From assembly GCA_965644315.1 (NCBI GenBank), contig CBFFRQ010000035.1, positions 49,277 to 113,276 on the forward strand: 64,000 nt of DNA. The letters are read 5' to 3'. Positions within the stretch are counted from its first letter, which is position 1. Each line of letters opens with the position of its first letter. This DNA is from Caecitellus pseudoparvulus. Taxonomy: Eukaryota; Protista; Bigyra: Bicosoecida. Made by a program: the position numbers and the translations under genes. Under the pieces are notes generated by a model. The model was not told where the DNA came from and did not search any database. It was given only the letters and a program-made list of their open reading frames with translations. Of the stretch, positions 34,708 to 44,864 are shown one piece after another.

Positions 34708-35279
34708 TCACCACCCGATGCCTGCCCAACGCAGGAGGGAGTCCGCAGAGCCAAAGACGACGGAGCCTGAGAACGCCGACATGGCCACAGCCAGGCCTCG
34801 TCCCATGGGCATCTTGACGGCGTCTTTGACGTAGTTGCGCAGGTAGTCAGCGCGCGCTGGCTCCAGTGCATATGGCACCGCCACCGCCACGCCACCTGCC
34901 CAGAACGGCGCCGATGCAGACCAGCCCACTTGGTCCAGCGTGCACCGCGTGGTTGTGTACAGCGCGAAAATTCCACTCATGCGTGCTGCTGCGGCTGCTG
35001 AAGACTTCACTGCGCAGTGGGCCGCGCAAAGAACGGGGCGTGTGCACGTGATGGCTGCGGAAATCACTTCCCGGCTCACGCACTCAGCCGTTGTGTTTTC
35101 AGCTCAGGTTGCCCGATGGTGATGGATGCTGGCGCACTAACTGCATGAAGTCCGCCACCCACCACAGCGCCAATGGCAGCCCCCAACGCAATGCTGCCGG
35201 GGCAATGTGACATAAATGCAGATGTGGCAGAGACGGCCGCTGCTCCTGCGGCGGGCTCAGCAGGGTCAGTGGAAGCCAT
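34708..35279 (-). CDS. Small Gly-rich membrane protein, Tim17/Tim22/Tim23-family-like; 2 exons
   Basis: GAAIGAVVGGG helix, SGIFALYTTTRCTL, FWAGGVA and SAFSGSVVFG; GxxxG-rich multi-TM pattern. Intron ~35010-35082. Confidence 0.55.
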
Positions 35280-35575
35280 GGTGCAAGACAGGAGTTGAGA
35301 CAATGCACTGCATGTAGGAGGGGGCACCTGCATTCGGGACCCTGCGCTGTTCAGATGCGTTTCTTTTTGGCTGCCACAACATGCTGGGTGATGCGAGGTG
35401 GCGAGGGACAGCAGGCGGGCGCTGTCAAAACTCGCGCACCTCGTGCCAGTCCTACAGCTGGAGCAGCAGTCCCAGACACGTGTCTGCACCTCCTCCACAC
35501 TGCACGCTTCAGCCAAGCGGCGCAGCAACGCGAGGGCTGGACGTGGCACTGCGAAACGCAGTTGAAACGGGCGCC

Positions 35576-37242
35576 ATGCAGGGTAGCCTGGAATCCAACC
35601 CGTTTTACAACTATGTCCGGTCCAGGCACTTTGCCAAGCTGCTGGACTGCAATGTCATGCTGGTGCCGAATGAGTCCAGCTTCATGACCACGCAGGCCTT
35701 CTCGCTGAAGGACGTGGGTGCGTGGGGCGCACTGGTGCGCTCCGTGCAGCCGCCCGCGGCACACCTTGCCCCCCACAACTCGCAGAGCACCACCTCCTGG
35801 TGAAGACTGGGACGCGTGGGGAGTTCTTGACGCTGAGTGGGCGCCCCGTCGCGATCATTGGTCGCGTCGTGCGCACCGTGGACAAGGCAGGGCTCGTCGC
35901 TTTCGACGAGAGCCAGGACACGGACACCACCTGCCCCGCCCTGGCCCGCGCAGCGACGGCGCAGTGGCACAGCCCCGTGGCTTCCTGCATTGTGGACCAT
36001 GTGCACAACGTGCCTGTGACGCTGCGTGGGGCTGCCGAGGGCGCCGAGCCGCACAGCATCGCGCTGTACACTATCGCACGGCCGCTGGAGGGTGGCCTGG
36101 ACGCGCCAGCCACCGACGAACACATGAACCAGGAACAGGTGGAGCAGTACATCGCCATGATGCGGTCGTTCCCCGACGCCGAGGCGGTGTTCATGGCTGT
36201 GGATGAGTTCGTGGAGGATGTGCGCAGTGCTGCCCAGACGCGCGACCTGCTGGACCTGCAGCCGCCCCTGCCCACCCACATCTTGCGCCAGTGCGAGGTG
36301 GCGGCAGACATGCTGCTGCGCACGACGGTGTTCTCGCAGGTGGAGGCCAGTGCCCTACCTGCCGATCGGGTGCACCTGGTGATGGTGTTGGAGTGCTACA
36401 TCATGGCCCGCATGCATGGGCCCATCATGGCGTGGTTGAGCATGCTGTACCTGAGTCAGCACCGCACGCTGCGCGAGGTGTGCCACCAGCTGCGCGGGCT
36501 GCAGCAGGCAGACGCGGGGGTGAAGCCTGCGTTTCGCTGCAGTTTCACGCCCGTCCTGGACGTCCTGTGGTCCCTCGTGGAAGCCAAGAGCCCCCTGGCC
36601 AAGCTGCAGTGCTTGAAGCGCGCCTCAGCCGCCATCGAAGCCTGCGTGACGCGGCACCTGAAGGACATTGGGCAGGACATTGACAGCGTGGAGCTCAGTG
36701 CCGACGACCGGCTGAACATTCTCCTGTACATCATCGTGCACGGGGCACACAAGTACGGCACGGCGGACCTCATCCTGCACCTGCAGTTCGTGGACATGTT
36801 CGGCGCCATCCTCTCCTCCCGCACCTCCAACGAGCTGAGCCAGAAGTGCATCGAGTACCGTGTGGCGACGGAGTACCTACTGACGTCAGGGGGCAGTGAC
36901 TTGGCTGCTGAGATGCGGGCACGGGTGGAGGGGGCGGGTGGCGCGGCTGGCACCCCTGAACAGGCAGCTGCAGCAGGGGCCCAGCAGCAGGAGGAGGGGG
37001 GGGGCAGTGCTCGGCCAGAGCTGGTGGACCCCGAGCCCACCCCCCTCAGCAGCACGGCTGACCCGACAGCGCCAGCTGTGTGCTCGTCGGTGGCCCAGCT
37101 GGCGGCAGGGGCAGGCGTGGGGGCCGCCTCCCCCTCCTCCTCCTCAGTGTCCTCGCCGCAGTCAAAAGGGCGACGCACGAGCTTGACTCGCGGATCAGTC
37201 ATTTCTCTGGGGGAGGATGAGGAGGATGAGGAGGGTGGATGA
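35576..37242 (+). CDS. VPS9-domain Rab GEF with Varp/ANKRD27-like N-terminus; 2 exons
   Basis: N-terminal LESNPFY...HHLL...FLTLSG; VPS9 core SPLAKLQCL...LSADDRLNILLYIIV...Y..ATEYL. Confidence 0.85.
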
Positions 37243-38884
37243 GGGGGGTGGGGGACCCAGGAGGGGGGTCAGGGGCGCCATGCACCCCCCCTCCCGCCGC
37301 CACGCCCCACCAGCGCATGCTGCCAATGGTGCCACGGGGGAGGCGCATGGATGCGTGACGCAGCCACTTGACCATGCGCCGGACACGACCTTTGCTCGGG
37401 TGCACACGTGGCCAGCGCGAGTGGGGGGGAGGAGGCGCACCCCCCCCAGTCACCCTCGCCTCTGGCTGCCAATCGTCCCGCGGCAAGATCCAGCTTGTGC
37501 CAGTTTGCAGGGGTGTGCTGGAGGGGGGTAGAGGGGGGGGTGTCTCGCCCCCCACGCGCCACCCCCGTCGTCCACCCCCCTTTGCCTTGGGCTGGCGCAG
37601 CACCAGGTGGGTCGTGCAGGCACCCGGGCTGTGCGCTGCCAACCACTCTGCCGGCCAGCTGGCCAGCGGGCGCAGTGGCAAAGGCACGTACGGTGCTGCC
37701 GTGCCGGCCACCTGTCCCACCAGGGCCGTGGCACGCTCCACCCACAGGCGGGTGATCCACGCAGCACTGCCCTTCTGGCTGAACCAGCGGTGCTGCGTGG
37801 CTCCGTGGCCAAGGTCCACCACAGCGTCAAAAGCCGCGTGCCGGTGCAGGTACCGCTCGCCATCCCAGTACGCGTGCAGCGGCACGCGGCCGTAGCCTTC
37901 GCCCAGCCACCGAGCAGTGTACGCGTCGAGCAAGGCGTGCTGGGAGGAGGGGATGGCGGGGATGGCTGCGAGGGTGAGGGCGTGGATGTCGGGGAGGTGG
38001 GTGTGGTGGGTGGCCGGGGGAAAGCATGTGTCCCACGCCTGCTGCTCTGCGTCTGCCGCTTCTTTTGGGCTGTTGAAATGCACCGACACACGCACGCCGT
38101 CCAGCCGTCGCTGTGTGAAGGGGGTGGGGGTCGTGGGAGGGGTGTCTGGGTGGCGCGGCTGTGCTTCGCCCTGTGAAGCACTGTAGCCACGACACACTGC
38201 GGCAGGGGGAAAGGCTGCTTGCACAGCTGCGTGCAAGTGGCGTGGCGTGCCCTCCAACGCAGCGCGCCCTGCCGCAGCCAGCAGGCCTGGCACGTCACTC
38301 AGCTCCACGCCACAAGAGGCCAGCACGGCGGCAGTTTGGGGCGGCAGGGCTCTCCCTGTCGTGTGTGCGTGCCAGATGTGCTGCAGCTGCACCGCAGACA
38401 TGACTGCGGCCAGAGCTGGCGGCAGGTGTGGGTGGCGGTGCAAGCACACCTTCCGTGCAAAGATGCCTGGCAGGGTGAGGGGGGTCAGGGACAGCTGAAC
38501 AGGTGGCACTCCAGCTGCTATGGCGTGTCGGTTTCGCCTCATTTGCTGCTCCCCTGGCGTCTTGTGCAGTGCACGCAAGTGCTGTGACTTGACTGTGGCC
38601 AGCGGGCCATGGTGCCCGAAGGCGAGCGCAACCAAGTTCGCACCGGCCCAAGGGCATCCAGCGGCAGCCTGACGCACGTGCAGGACAGAGTCGCGTACAA
38701 ATGTCTCTGCCGTCTGGGATGGGCCCTGGCTGACAATTCCCGCTGACTGCAGGGCATCCGGAAAGGGCTGCGTTTCGCCACGAAACTCTGCTGCGGCAAT
38801 CCAGCGCACAGCTTGCTTAAGAACGGGCGGAAGCGACCTGCTTTCACGGTACAACGCCCTGTACAGTGCTGCAAAGGATGGCAT
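37199..38884 (-). CDS. Uncharacterised protein with an N-terminal LYR-like motif
   Basis: 561-codon ORF beginning MPSFAALYRALYRESRSLP...AVRWIAAAEFRG (LYR...LP...EFR pattern). Remainder unrecognised. The 3' end overlaps the VPS9 CDS by 44 nt. Confidence 0.6.
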   Translation of the reverse strand: MPSFAALYRALYRESRSLPPVLKQAVRWIAAAEFRGETQPFPDALQSAGIVSQGPSQTAETFVRDSVLHVRQAAAGCPWAGANLVALAFGHHGPLATVKSQHLRALHKTPGEQQMRRNRHAIAAGVPPVQLSLTPLTLPGIFARKVCLHRHPHLPPALAAVMSAVQLQHIWHAHTTGRALPPQTAAVLASCGVELSDVPGLLAAAGRAALEGTPRHLHAAVQAAFPPAAVCRGYSASQGEAQPRHPDTPPTTPTPFTQRRLDGVRVSVHFNSPKEAADAEQQAWDTCFPPATHHTHLPDIHALTLAAIPAIPSSQHALLDAYTARWLGEGYGRVPLHAYWDGERYLHRHAAFDAVVDLGHGATQHRWFSQKGSAAWITRLWVERATALVGQVAGTAAPYVPLPLRPLASWPAEWLAAHSPGACTTHLVLRQPKAKGGGRRGWRVGGETPPPLPPSSTPLQTGTSWILPRDDWQPEARVTGGGAPPPPHSRWPRVHPSKGRVRRMVKWLRHASMRLPRGTIGSMRWWGVAAGGGVHGAPDPPPGSPTPLIHPPHPPHPPPEK

Positions 38885-39169
38885 GTCGGGACTACACCTT
38901 GTGGCGCTTCAGGGGTCCTTCCGGAAGGGGCGTCTCTTGGCTCTCAAAGCACCTTCAGCCGCTTGCCCAGTCTTCTCCCGCCTGCACGTGCGCGTGAAGT
39001 GCACTATACACAGCACTACATGATTTACAGGATTTCTCTGGAATAACATCGCCAGCGCCCACCCACACGAGTGCCTGTTTCGTTTTGCCACGGCTCTGGG
39101 CTGGCAGAGCTGGCTGCAAAAACCGCAACAGCGCGGCTTCCTTGGCACTAGCTCCCCACGACACGCGCC

Positions 39170-40414
39170 ATGTCTGCTGCCAGAACCCTGAATCGGTTGG
39201 TAAGTGGATTAGCAGGCCATGTGCCGTGTGCGATTGAGGCACAGAAACGTGCAGGCGTAGCCGCCATCCTGCGTGTGTGGTCTGCTGAGACACGGCAGAC
39301 GCTGGGAGCGCCTGACGTGCAGTCCCTGCTGCAGGTCGCAGCTGCCGACCCCACGGCCCAGGTGGAAATGCTGTTCATGAAACGCACCGTGCGGCGTGGC
39401 GACCCCTGGTCCGGCAACGTCGCCTTGCCGGGCGGCCACCGTGACCCGGGCGACGCCAGTGACCTGGCAGCTGCACAGCGCGAAGCAGCCGAGGAGGTGG
39501 GCGTGCACCTGGCCACGCCTGGCGCCTACGCCGTGCTGGGTGCCCTGGACCAGCGGCACATCGGCTGGGGCCGGGGCGCGCGCGCCTTTGCCATGTGTCC
39601 CTTCGTCTTCCTGCAGCTGCACTCCGCAGTGCCGCCTCAGCGCCTGCAAGCCAGCGAGGTGGCAGCGACGCTGTGGGTGCCGCTGGCGGCGCTGGACGCG
39701 GCACATGTGCAGCATGGAGGCCTCAGTCGCCCCCTGAATCGGGGCATGCTGCCAGGCATGCGGTGGGTGCCACACTGGCTCCTGCGCAGCCTTGGCGCCC
39801 ACGAACTGGCCTTCCCCGTCTTGCGCCTGCCCTACTGTGGCCTGGTGCCAGAGGGCCCAGCGGAGAGCGCCCACCACCTGACCACTGCTGCAGCAGGATC
39901 AGCCGGGGCGCGAGGAAGTGGGCCCATACGCAGCCGCACCTCGCCACCTGGCCCGTCACCTGCCGGTACAGCTGCTCTGCACACGGCTGCGTGCAGAGGC
40001 GGGGGGGTGGCCAGTGTGGCCACGCTGCCCAGTGGTGCGAGTGTGGCTGTGCACAGCGCCACGACAGGCCTGGCGCAAGCCTTCACGGCTGCCTGCCTGT
40101 CCACCTGGTCCCAGGCGGGTCAGGCGGACGACGGCGATGCGGCGGCACTGTCCTTTGACCTGTGGGGCTTGACGCTGGGCGTCACGTCAGACGTCGTGAA
40201 CGTCGGCAAGGTGCCGCCTGCGCCTCTGAATTGGCCCCCCCTGTCCTTCCCTGGCCCCCTGCCCAGCTTCCTCGTGGCGGCAGCCGCGGGGGTGACAGAG
40301 GTGCTGCAGTACCCCCGCAAGGGTGCAAATGCCTGGCATTTGCTTGCCGCTGCCTCCCTCGCAGTGCCCCTCCTGACCGGCGTTGCTGCAGGGGCGTTGG
40401 CTGTGCTTGGGTGA
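39170..40414 (+). CDS. Nudix hydrolase, CoA-pyrophosphatase-like (NUDT7/8/Pcd1-type), with C-terminal TM
   Basis: LFMKR...DPWSGNVALPGGHRDPGD.SDLAAAQREAAEEVG (CoA-type motif plus Nudix box), SEVAA..WVPL, LWGLT; hydrophobic C-terminus. Confidence 0.88.
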   Translation: MSAARTLNRLVSGLAGHVPCAIEAQKRAGVAAILRVWSAETRQTLGAPDVQSLLQVAAADPTAQVEMLFMKRTVRRGDPWSGNVALPGGHRDPGDASDLAAAQREAAEEVGVHLATPGAYAVLGALDQRHIGWGRGARAFAMCPFVFLQLHSAVPPQRLQASEVAATLWVPLAALDAAHVQHGGLSRPLNRGMLPGMRWVPHWLLRSLGAHELAFPVLRLPYCGLVPEGPAESAHHLTTAAAGSAGARGSGPIRSRTSPPGPSPAGTAALHTAACRGGGVASVATLPSGASVAVHSATTGLAQAFTAACLSTWSQAGQADDGDAAALSFDLWGLTLGVTSDVVNVGKVPPAPLNWPPLSFPGPLPSFLVAAAAGVTEVLQYPRKGANAWHLLAAASLAVPLLTGVAAGALAVLG

Positions 40415-40666
40415 AGGGGTGACGTGTGTGAGGTGGAGCACAGCCAAGCCAACGCCAGGCAGCTGAACATGCGTGTCAAAACTACCCACACGTGTGCTGT
40501 GTGCACCAGCACACCCAATCACCCACATCCACGTGCCTGAAGCATGCCACCCCCTCTCCACGCGGCTGACACATGCAATCGGGTAGAGATTCACTGCCAC
40601 GCAGTCGCTGCGACAGCCATCAACGCGGAAGGTACCGGCATTCCACTCCCTCACTCCGCCGCCGCC

Positions 40667-42277
40667 ATGGCTCGCCCACCAGCCCCTGTCCGAGTGAAAA
40701 TAGAGCCACCCACATCCCAGCCGCGAACAGCGCCCCCTGCACCCAACTCCGATGCGCCGGCAAGCCCCGTTGCGCCAACGTCTTCTTGTGTGAGTGCCAC
40801 GGCAGCGCAACACGCCATCGCAGAAACAGGCGCCCTCCGCACGCGCCCACGGCTCATTCCACCCCAGTCGAGGCTCAAGCACACCGACCCATGCATTCTG
40901 TTCGGTGGGGGGGCTTGCTTTCTGCTGGCAGTGGGGCTGCTGCTGGGGGGACTCCTCGTGATGCCGGCAGATGTTGCCCCAACTTCCGCAGCGTTGTACA
41001 CTTCAGCAGCCCACGAATGGTCTCAGCGAGGCCTGCAGCGCTGGTTGGACGCCACGCCCTCCAACTGGACGGTGCTGGGGAGGCAAGGCAACCGCACCCT
41101 TGGGCCAGCCATCGCGCAGCAAGTGCTGGCGCCGAATCAGCCCCCTGTGGCAGGTGCTGGAAGCAGCTCAGCCCCAGCGGACGGAAGCTTGCGATTCCGC
41201 ACGCCCACGCACGGCGCGCTGGGTGCAGAACTCCCCTCCCGCTCCACACCACCCACTGAGCACGGCGTGCATGTGCTTGGCAGCGCTGACCTGGAGCTGT
41301 CAGGCCCAGACGGCACGCCGTCTGTGCTCCTTCCGAACACGCCTCTCTTGCTGGCATGGACACACCCCGCGCCCCACGGCGACGGTGCGCCCTGCGAAGA
41401 CGGTAGTGCGAGTTCGAATGGACTTTGCACGACATGGTATGCGCTGCAGCGCGCTTGCCTGGCTCTCCGCCATGAGGCTGACGGAGCGGCGTTTGCCGTT
41501 TCTGTTGGCTGCATCGTGCGTTGCCCCTGCTGTGCTCTGCTCACCTTTCCCAACAACGTCACCCGCTGCACTCCGCCCCCTGCACAGGCTGCCGATGCTC
41601 AAGATGAAGGACTCCTTCGTGCAGTTGAATCGCTGGGCATGCGAGGTGGCGGGGGCGTGCAGGCGCTGCACCGGCCAGCTGACGCCGGTCACGTGTGGGC
41701 TTGGGAGTTTGCCCCCCGTGCCAACGCCTCCACGCCCCTGCGCACACAAGTGCAAGTGGTCATCCGCAGTGCAGATGACCCGTATGTGGCCGCCTTGGAA
41801 TTGACCAACGGCGCGTTGACCCTGGAGGCGCCAGAAACGCCGCCAGCCTGGGCGCGGGGAAATCTGCTGCTGTCTGGCTTGGGCGCCATCCTGCTCCTGG
41901 TGCTGGCCTGGGCGTGCCTGCGCTCGTGGCTGTGTTTCCCGCCCGACCAGCATGCCAAGGAGCACGCGTCACCCCTGCCCTCGCCCTTCTCCCTCGAACA
42001 AGGCGATGTGGAGCTGGCTGCGGGGTCAGCGGGTGGATTGCCAAGCGACAAGCCAGCTCCACGCCTGGGGAAGATGTGGCTGCGGCCGCCCCTCCCAGAC
42101 GCCAGACTTTCCCCAGTCTTGGAGCGAGGGGCGGGCTCCCCTGCCTCCATCGCCAGCAGCACCGCCACAAGCGTTGCTGAGGGTGCTGCTCTGCTGCGAG
42201 GCAGCCGGACCGGCCGGGGAATCTACGCTCCCAAGCCTCGTCGCAGCAAGACCCCACCTGGGTCACCTGCTGTGTGA
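40667..42277 (+). CDS. Uncharacterised two-TM membrane protein with Cys-containing ectodomain
   Basis: GCCGCCATGG start; TM1 ILFGGGACFLLAVGLLLGGLLV; TM2 LLLSGLGAILLLVLAWACL; IRSADDPYV before TM2. Possible in-frame intron ~41516-41587. Confidence 0.7.
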   Translation: MARPPAPVRVKIEPPTSQPRTAPPAPNSDAPASPVAPTSSCVSATAAQHAIAETGALRTRPRLIPPQSRLKHTDPCILFGGGACFLLAVGLLLGGLLVMPADVAPTSAALYTSAAHEWSQRGLQRWLDATPSNWTVLGRQGNRTLGPAIAQQVLAPNQPPVAGAGSSSAPADGSLRFRTPTHGALGAELPSRSTPPTEHGVHVLGSADLELSGPDGTPSVLLPNTPLLLAWTHPAPHGDGAPCEDGSASSNGLCTTWYALQRACLALRHEADGAAFAVSVGCIVRCPCCALLTFPNNVTRCTPPPAQAADAQDEGLLRAVESLGMRGGGGVQALHRPADAGHVWAWEFAPRANASTPLRTQVQVVIRSADDPYVAALELTNGALTLEAPETPPAWARGNLLLSGLGAILLLVLAWACLRSWLCFPPDQHAKEHASPLPSPFSLEQGDVELAAGSAGGLPSDKPAPRLGKMWLRPPLPDARLSPVLERGAGSPASIASSTATSVAEGAALLRGSRTGRGIYAPKPRRSKTPPGSPAV

Positions 42278-42457
42278 GTGAATAATACACGTTTGCCGCG
42301 AAATGGCCAACACCGAGTGAGGGGTGTCCAGCGAGTCGCACAATTTAGTGCCGCTCCTGAAGCACTCGCTTCTGCGTGGTAGTCAGCGGAAATCGGCCCG
42401 ACTTGGTCCCGCACGTGGCGCGTCCACTCTGCCGCATGAGGGAGTGCCGCAGCACCC

Positions 42458-44200
42458 ATGCCGCAGCAAGGAGATGACCTGTCAGTTTGTGCAGTGGGCG
42501 GCATTGGTCTCTCTGCTGCCTCCGTCAGGAGGCGTACACATGGCTGGCAGTGTCCGTGGCGTTGGGAGCAGGCTGCCGCCACTGCTGCCGCACTTGCCAT
42601 GATTGGTGTGCGTCAGCGGGCGCCCAAGCCGGGCGCATGCGCCCACATCCGCCCGTGCATTGCCCAAGCATGGTCGCCCTCTTCCCCGCGCAGCTCTCCC
42701 TTGCCGTGCTGCTCACGACTTTGAATGGCACACCGACGGTTGTGCGTGTCGGCCACGACCAACACTGCATTGAGCCTCCGCAACGCCCCACTTCCCCCGG
42801 CGTGCGCGCAGAGAGATGCTGTGCTGTTCGTGTACCTTGTTCTCCTTGGCATATTTGTGCTGTGCTGGGTGTTCGTGGAGAGCGTGGACCCAGCTGGCGA
42901 GGTGGGTATAGCACGGCGCGGTCCAGAATGCCGCTGTCGCGCCTCACCACGACTGGCCCCCTCTCTCCCCTCAGGGCGGCGTGCGGTGCCCCTGCATGCG
43001 GGAAACGCAGAACGGGCCTGCAAAGTGGTCGTCTGAGATGCAGGCGCCCATTCCTGGCTTTGATCACTTCTGCCCCTGGTGAGCACGCATGCTTCGCTCC
43101 GCAATCATCCGCACTACAAGTGGAGTTTGCACTGTCTTCCCTCCGTAGGCTCAACACGTGCGTGGAGTGGCAGAGGGCCATGGCCAACAGGTGTGCACGG
43201 CAAGCTGCACAATCTCCCCATCGCTCACCTTCGCAGGGCAATCGGCACTCGGAACTACCCTTGCTTCTACACCCTCGCCGTGGTGGGCACACTCAAATAC
43301 CTCTTCACAGTGGTGCTGGGAGTCATGCTGGTGACCACCATCCCCCCGGAGGGTTTGGAGACAGAGCTGTGGTACTTGTCTGTCATGACACTGTATATCC
43401 TTGCCAGCATGGCCTGTGCTATCGCATTCCTCAGTCTCTGTGGCTTCCAAACGTACTTGCAGGCTTGCTGGGGCGTCGGCACGCTGGACTGGCTCACCAA
43501 GCGCTGGCAAGCAACTGTCGCCCAGCGGCACACGCCGGCATCCACAGTGCACAGCCAGCCTCGAACCACCACAACGTCTTCACCGTCCACCGGCACTGCC
43601 ACAGTGGTGCACGTGGCGGCGTCCACAGCAGCAGCCAACTCACACACCGTGGCTGGCAACTCCACCTCCACTTCGCAGAAGGCCCCCCGAGCCCCCAGTC
43701 GACCGACATCGCGCAGAATTGCAAGCCCTGATACGGCCATGATGGCCAGTGTCATCGCAGAGGAGACTGAGGAGTCGGGGGGAGAGGAGAGTGTCGTGGA
43801 GGGCGGCGGGTGGGCTGAGGCCGCACCTGCCTCCGAACCGGCGGGCCAGGGCACTGAGACAGTGCAGGAAGAAGAAGAGGCGGAAAGCGAAGAAAGCGAG
43901 CGAGAGAGCGAGAGTGATGCCCCCCTAGCGTCTGGCAGCCCCCCTGCTGGGCCGGGGAGTGCTGCAGCGACGCCGAGTCATGACTCAGATGGAGATGAGC
44001 CACCTGATGCCGTGTGCTTGGACAAGGCAGGCAGCGACGAAGGCCGTGAAGACGATCAAGGTGGTGAAGCTTGTGATGCCTCTGCCACAGACGGCGAAAC
44101 GCGGCCACCTGGCCCGCCGCCCAGCCCGGTTCCGCACACCACTCCGGCAAGCCCACCACAACCGCAACCGCAGCATTCACCTCACCAAGAAGGGTCCTAG
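42458..44200 (+). CDS. DHHC-family protein S-acyltransferase, DHFC variant (ZDHHC1/11-like N-terminus); ~6 exons
   Basis: N-terminal RRRTHGWQCPW..EQ; TM...VDP; spliced core GFDHFCP-W-LN-T-AIGTRNYPCFY using microexon 43149-43157; two further TMs, then GTLDWL (TTxE-like position); acidic tail. Confidence 0.82.
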
Positions 44201-44235
44201 CTTCAATCTGCATTTTAAACGCCTTGGTTTGCACC

Positions 44236-44857
44236 ATGGGTGCCCCTGAGCCGCTGCGCACGGTGCCATTCACGCTGCGTGCAGGAGCTGCAGCGCAGGC
44301 GGCAGGCGCCGCCGGCCACGCCATTTCCCTGCCAGCCGCTGGAGAAGGCGGCAATCCAGCGAATCCCGATGTGGAGGCGTGTGAGCGTGTGTTTCGTGCC
44401 GCTGTGGACAATGCCCGCACGGCACTTGTGGAGACCAGCAACCGTGGCTCCGTGGAGGACCGTGCAGCAGCCGTGCTGGGTGAGGGGGGCTGCTGCGTTG
44501 CCATGCGCCCTGCCACGTGCCTGTGCCACAGCCTGCCGCGCTGTGTGCCGTGCAGAATCACTCGGAATGGGGCTTTTGAAAGCCACGCGTGCATTCCAGG
44601 TCGTCGGGCAGGGCCGCCCGCCGCTGGCGCTTGCCAAGCAGCTGCAGCGCGCTGAGCGGTGTGTGCAAGAGTTGCAACAGCTGTCCGAAGCTGCAACGGA
44701 AGACTGGGCTGCCCTACAAGAGGCTAGTTCTGCAGACAGTGACACAATTATTCGTCAGCTGCGCAGTCGTCCGCCCGTGACTGTGGAGGACGTGCGCGAG
44801 GTGCAGGCGCGCATCGCGGCGGTGCAGCGGGATTTGAAGGCTGCCACGCAGAGCTGA
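44236..44857 (+). CDS. Small uncharacterised coiled-coil protein; 2 exons
   Basis: ACCATGG start. A GTGAGG...GCAG intron (~44480-44555) joins two ORF segments; helical C-terminus. Fits tightly between neighbours. Confidence 0.55.
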
Positions 44858-44864
44858 CCCTTGC

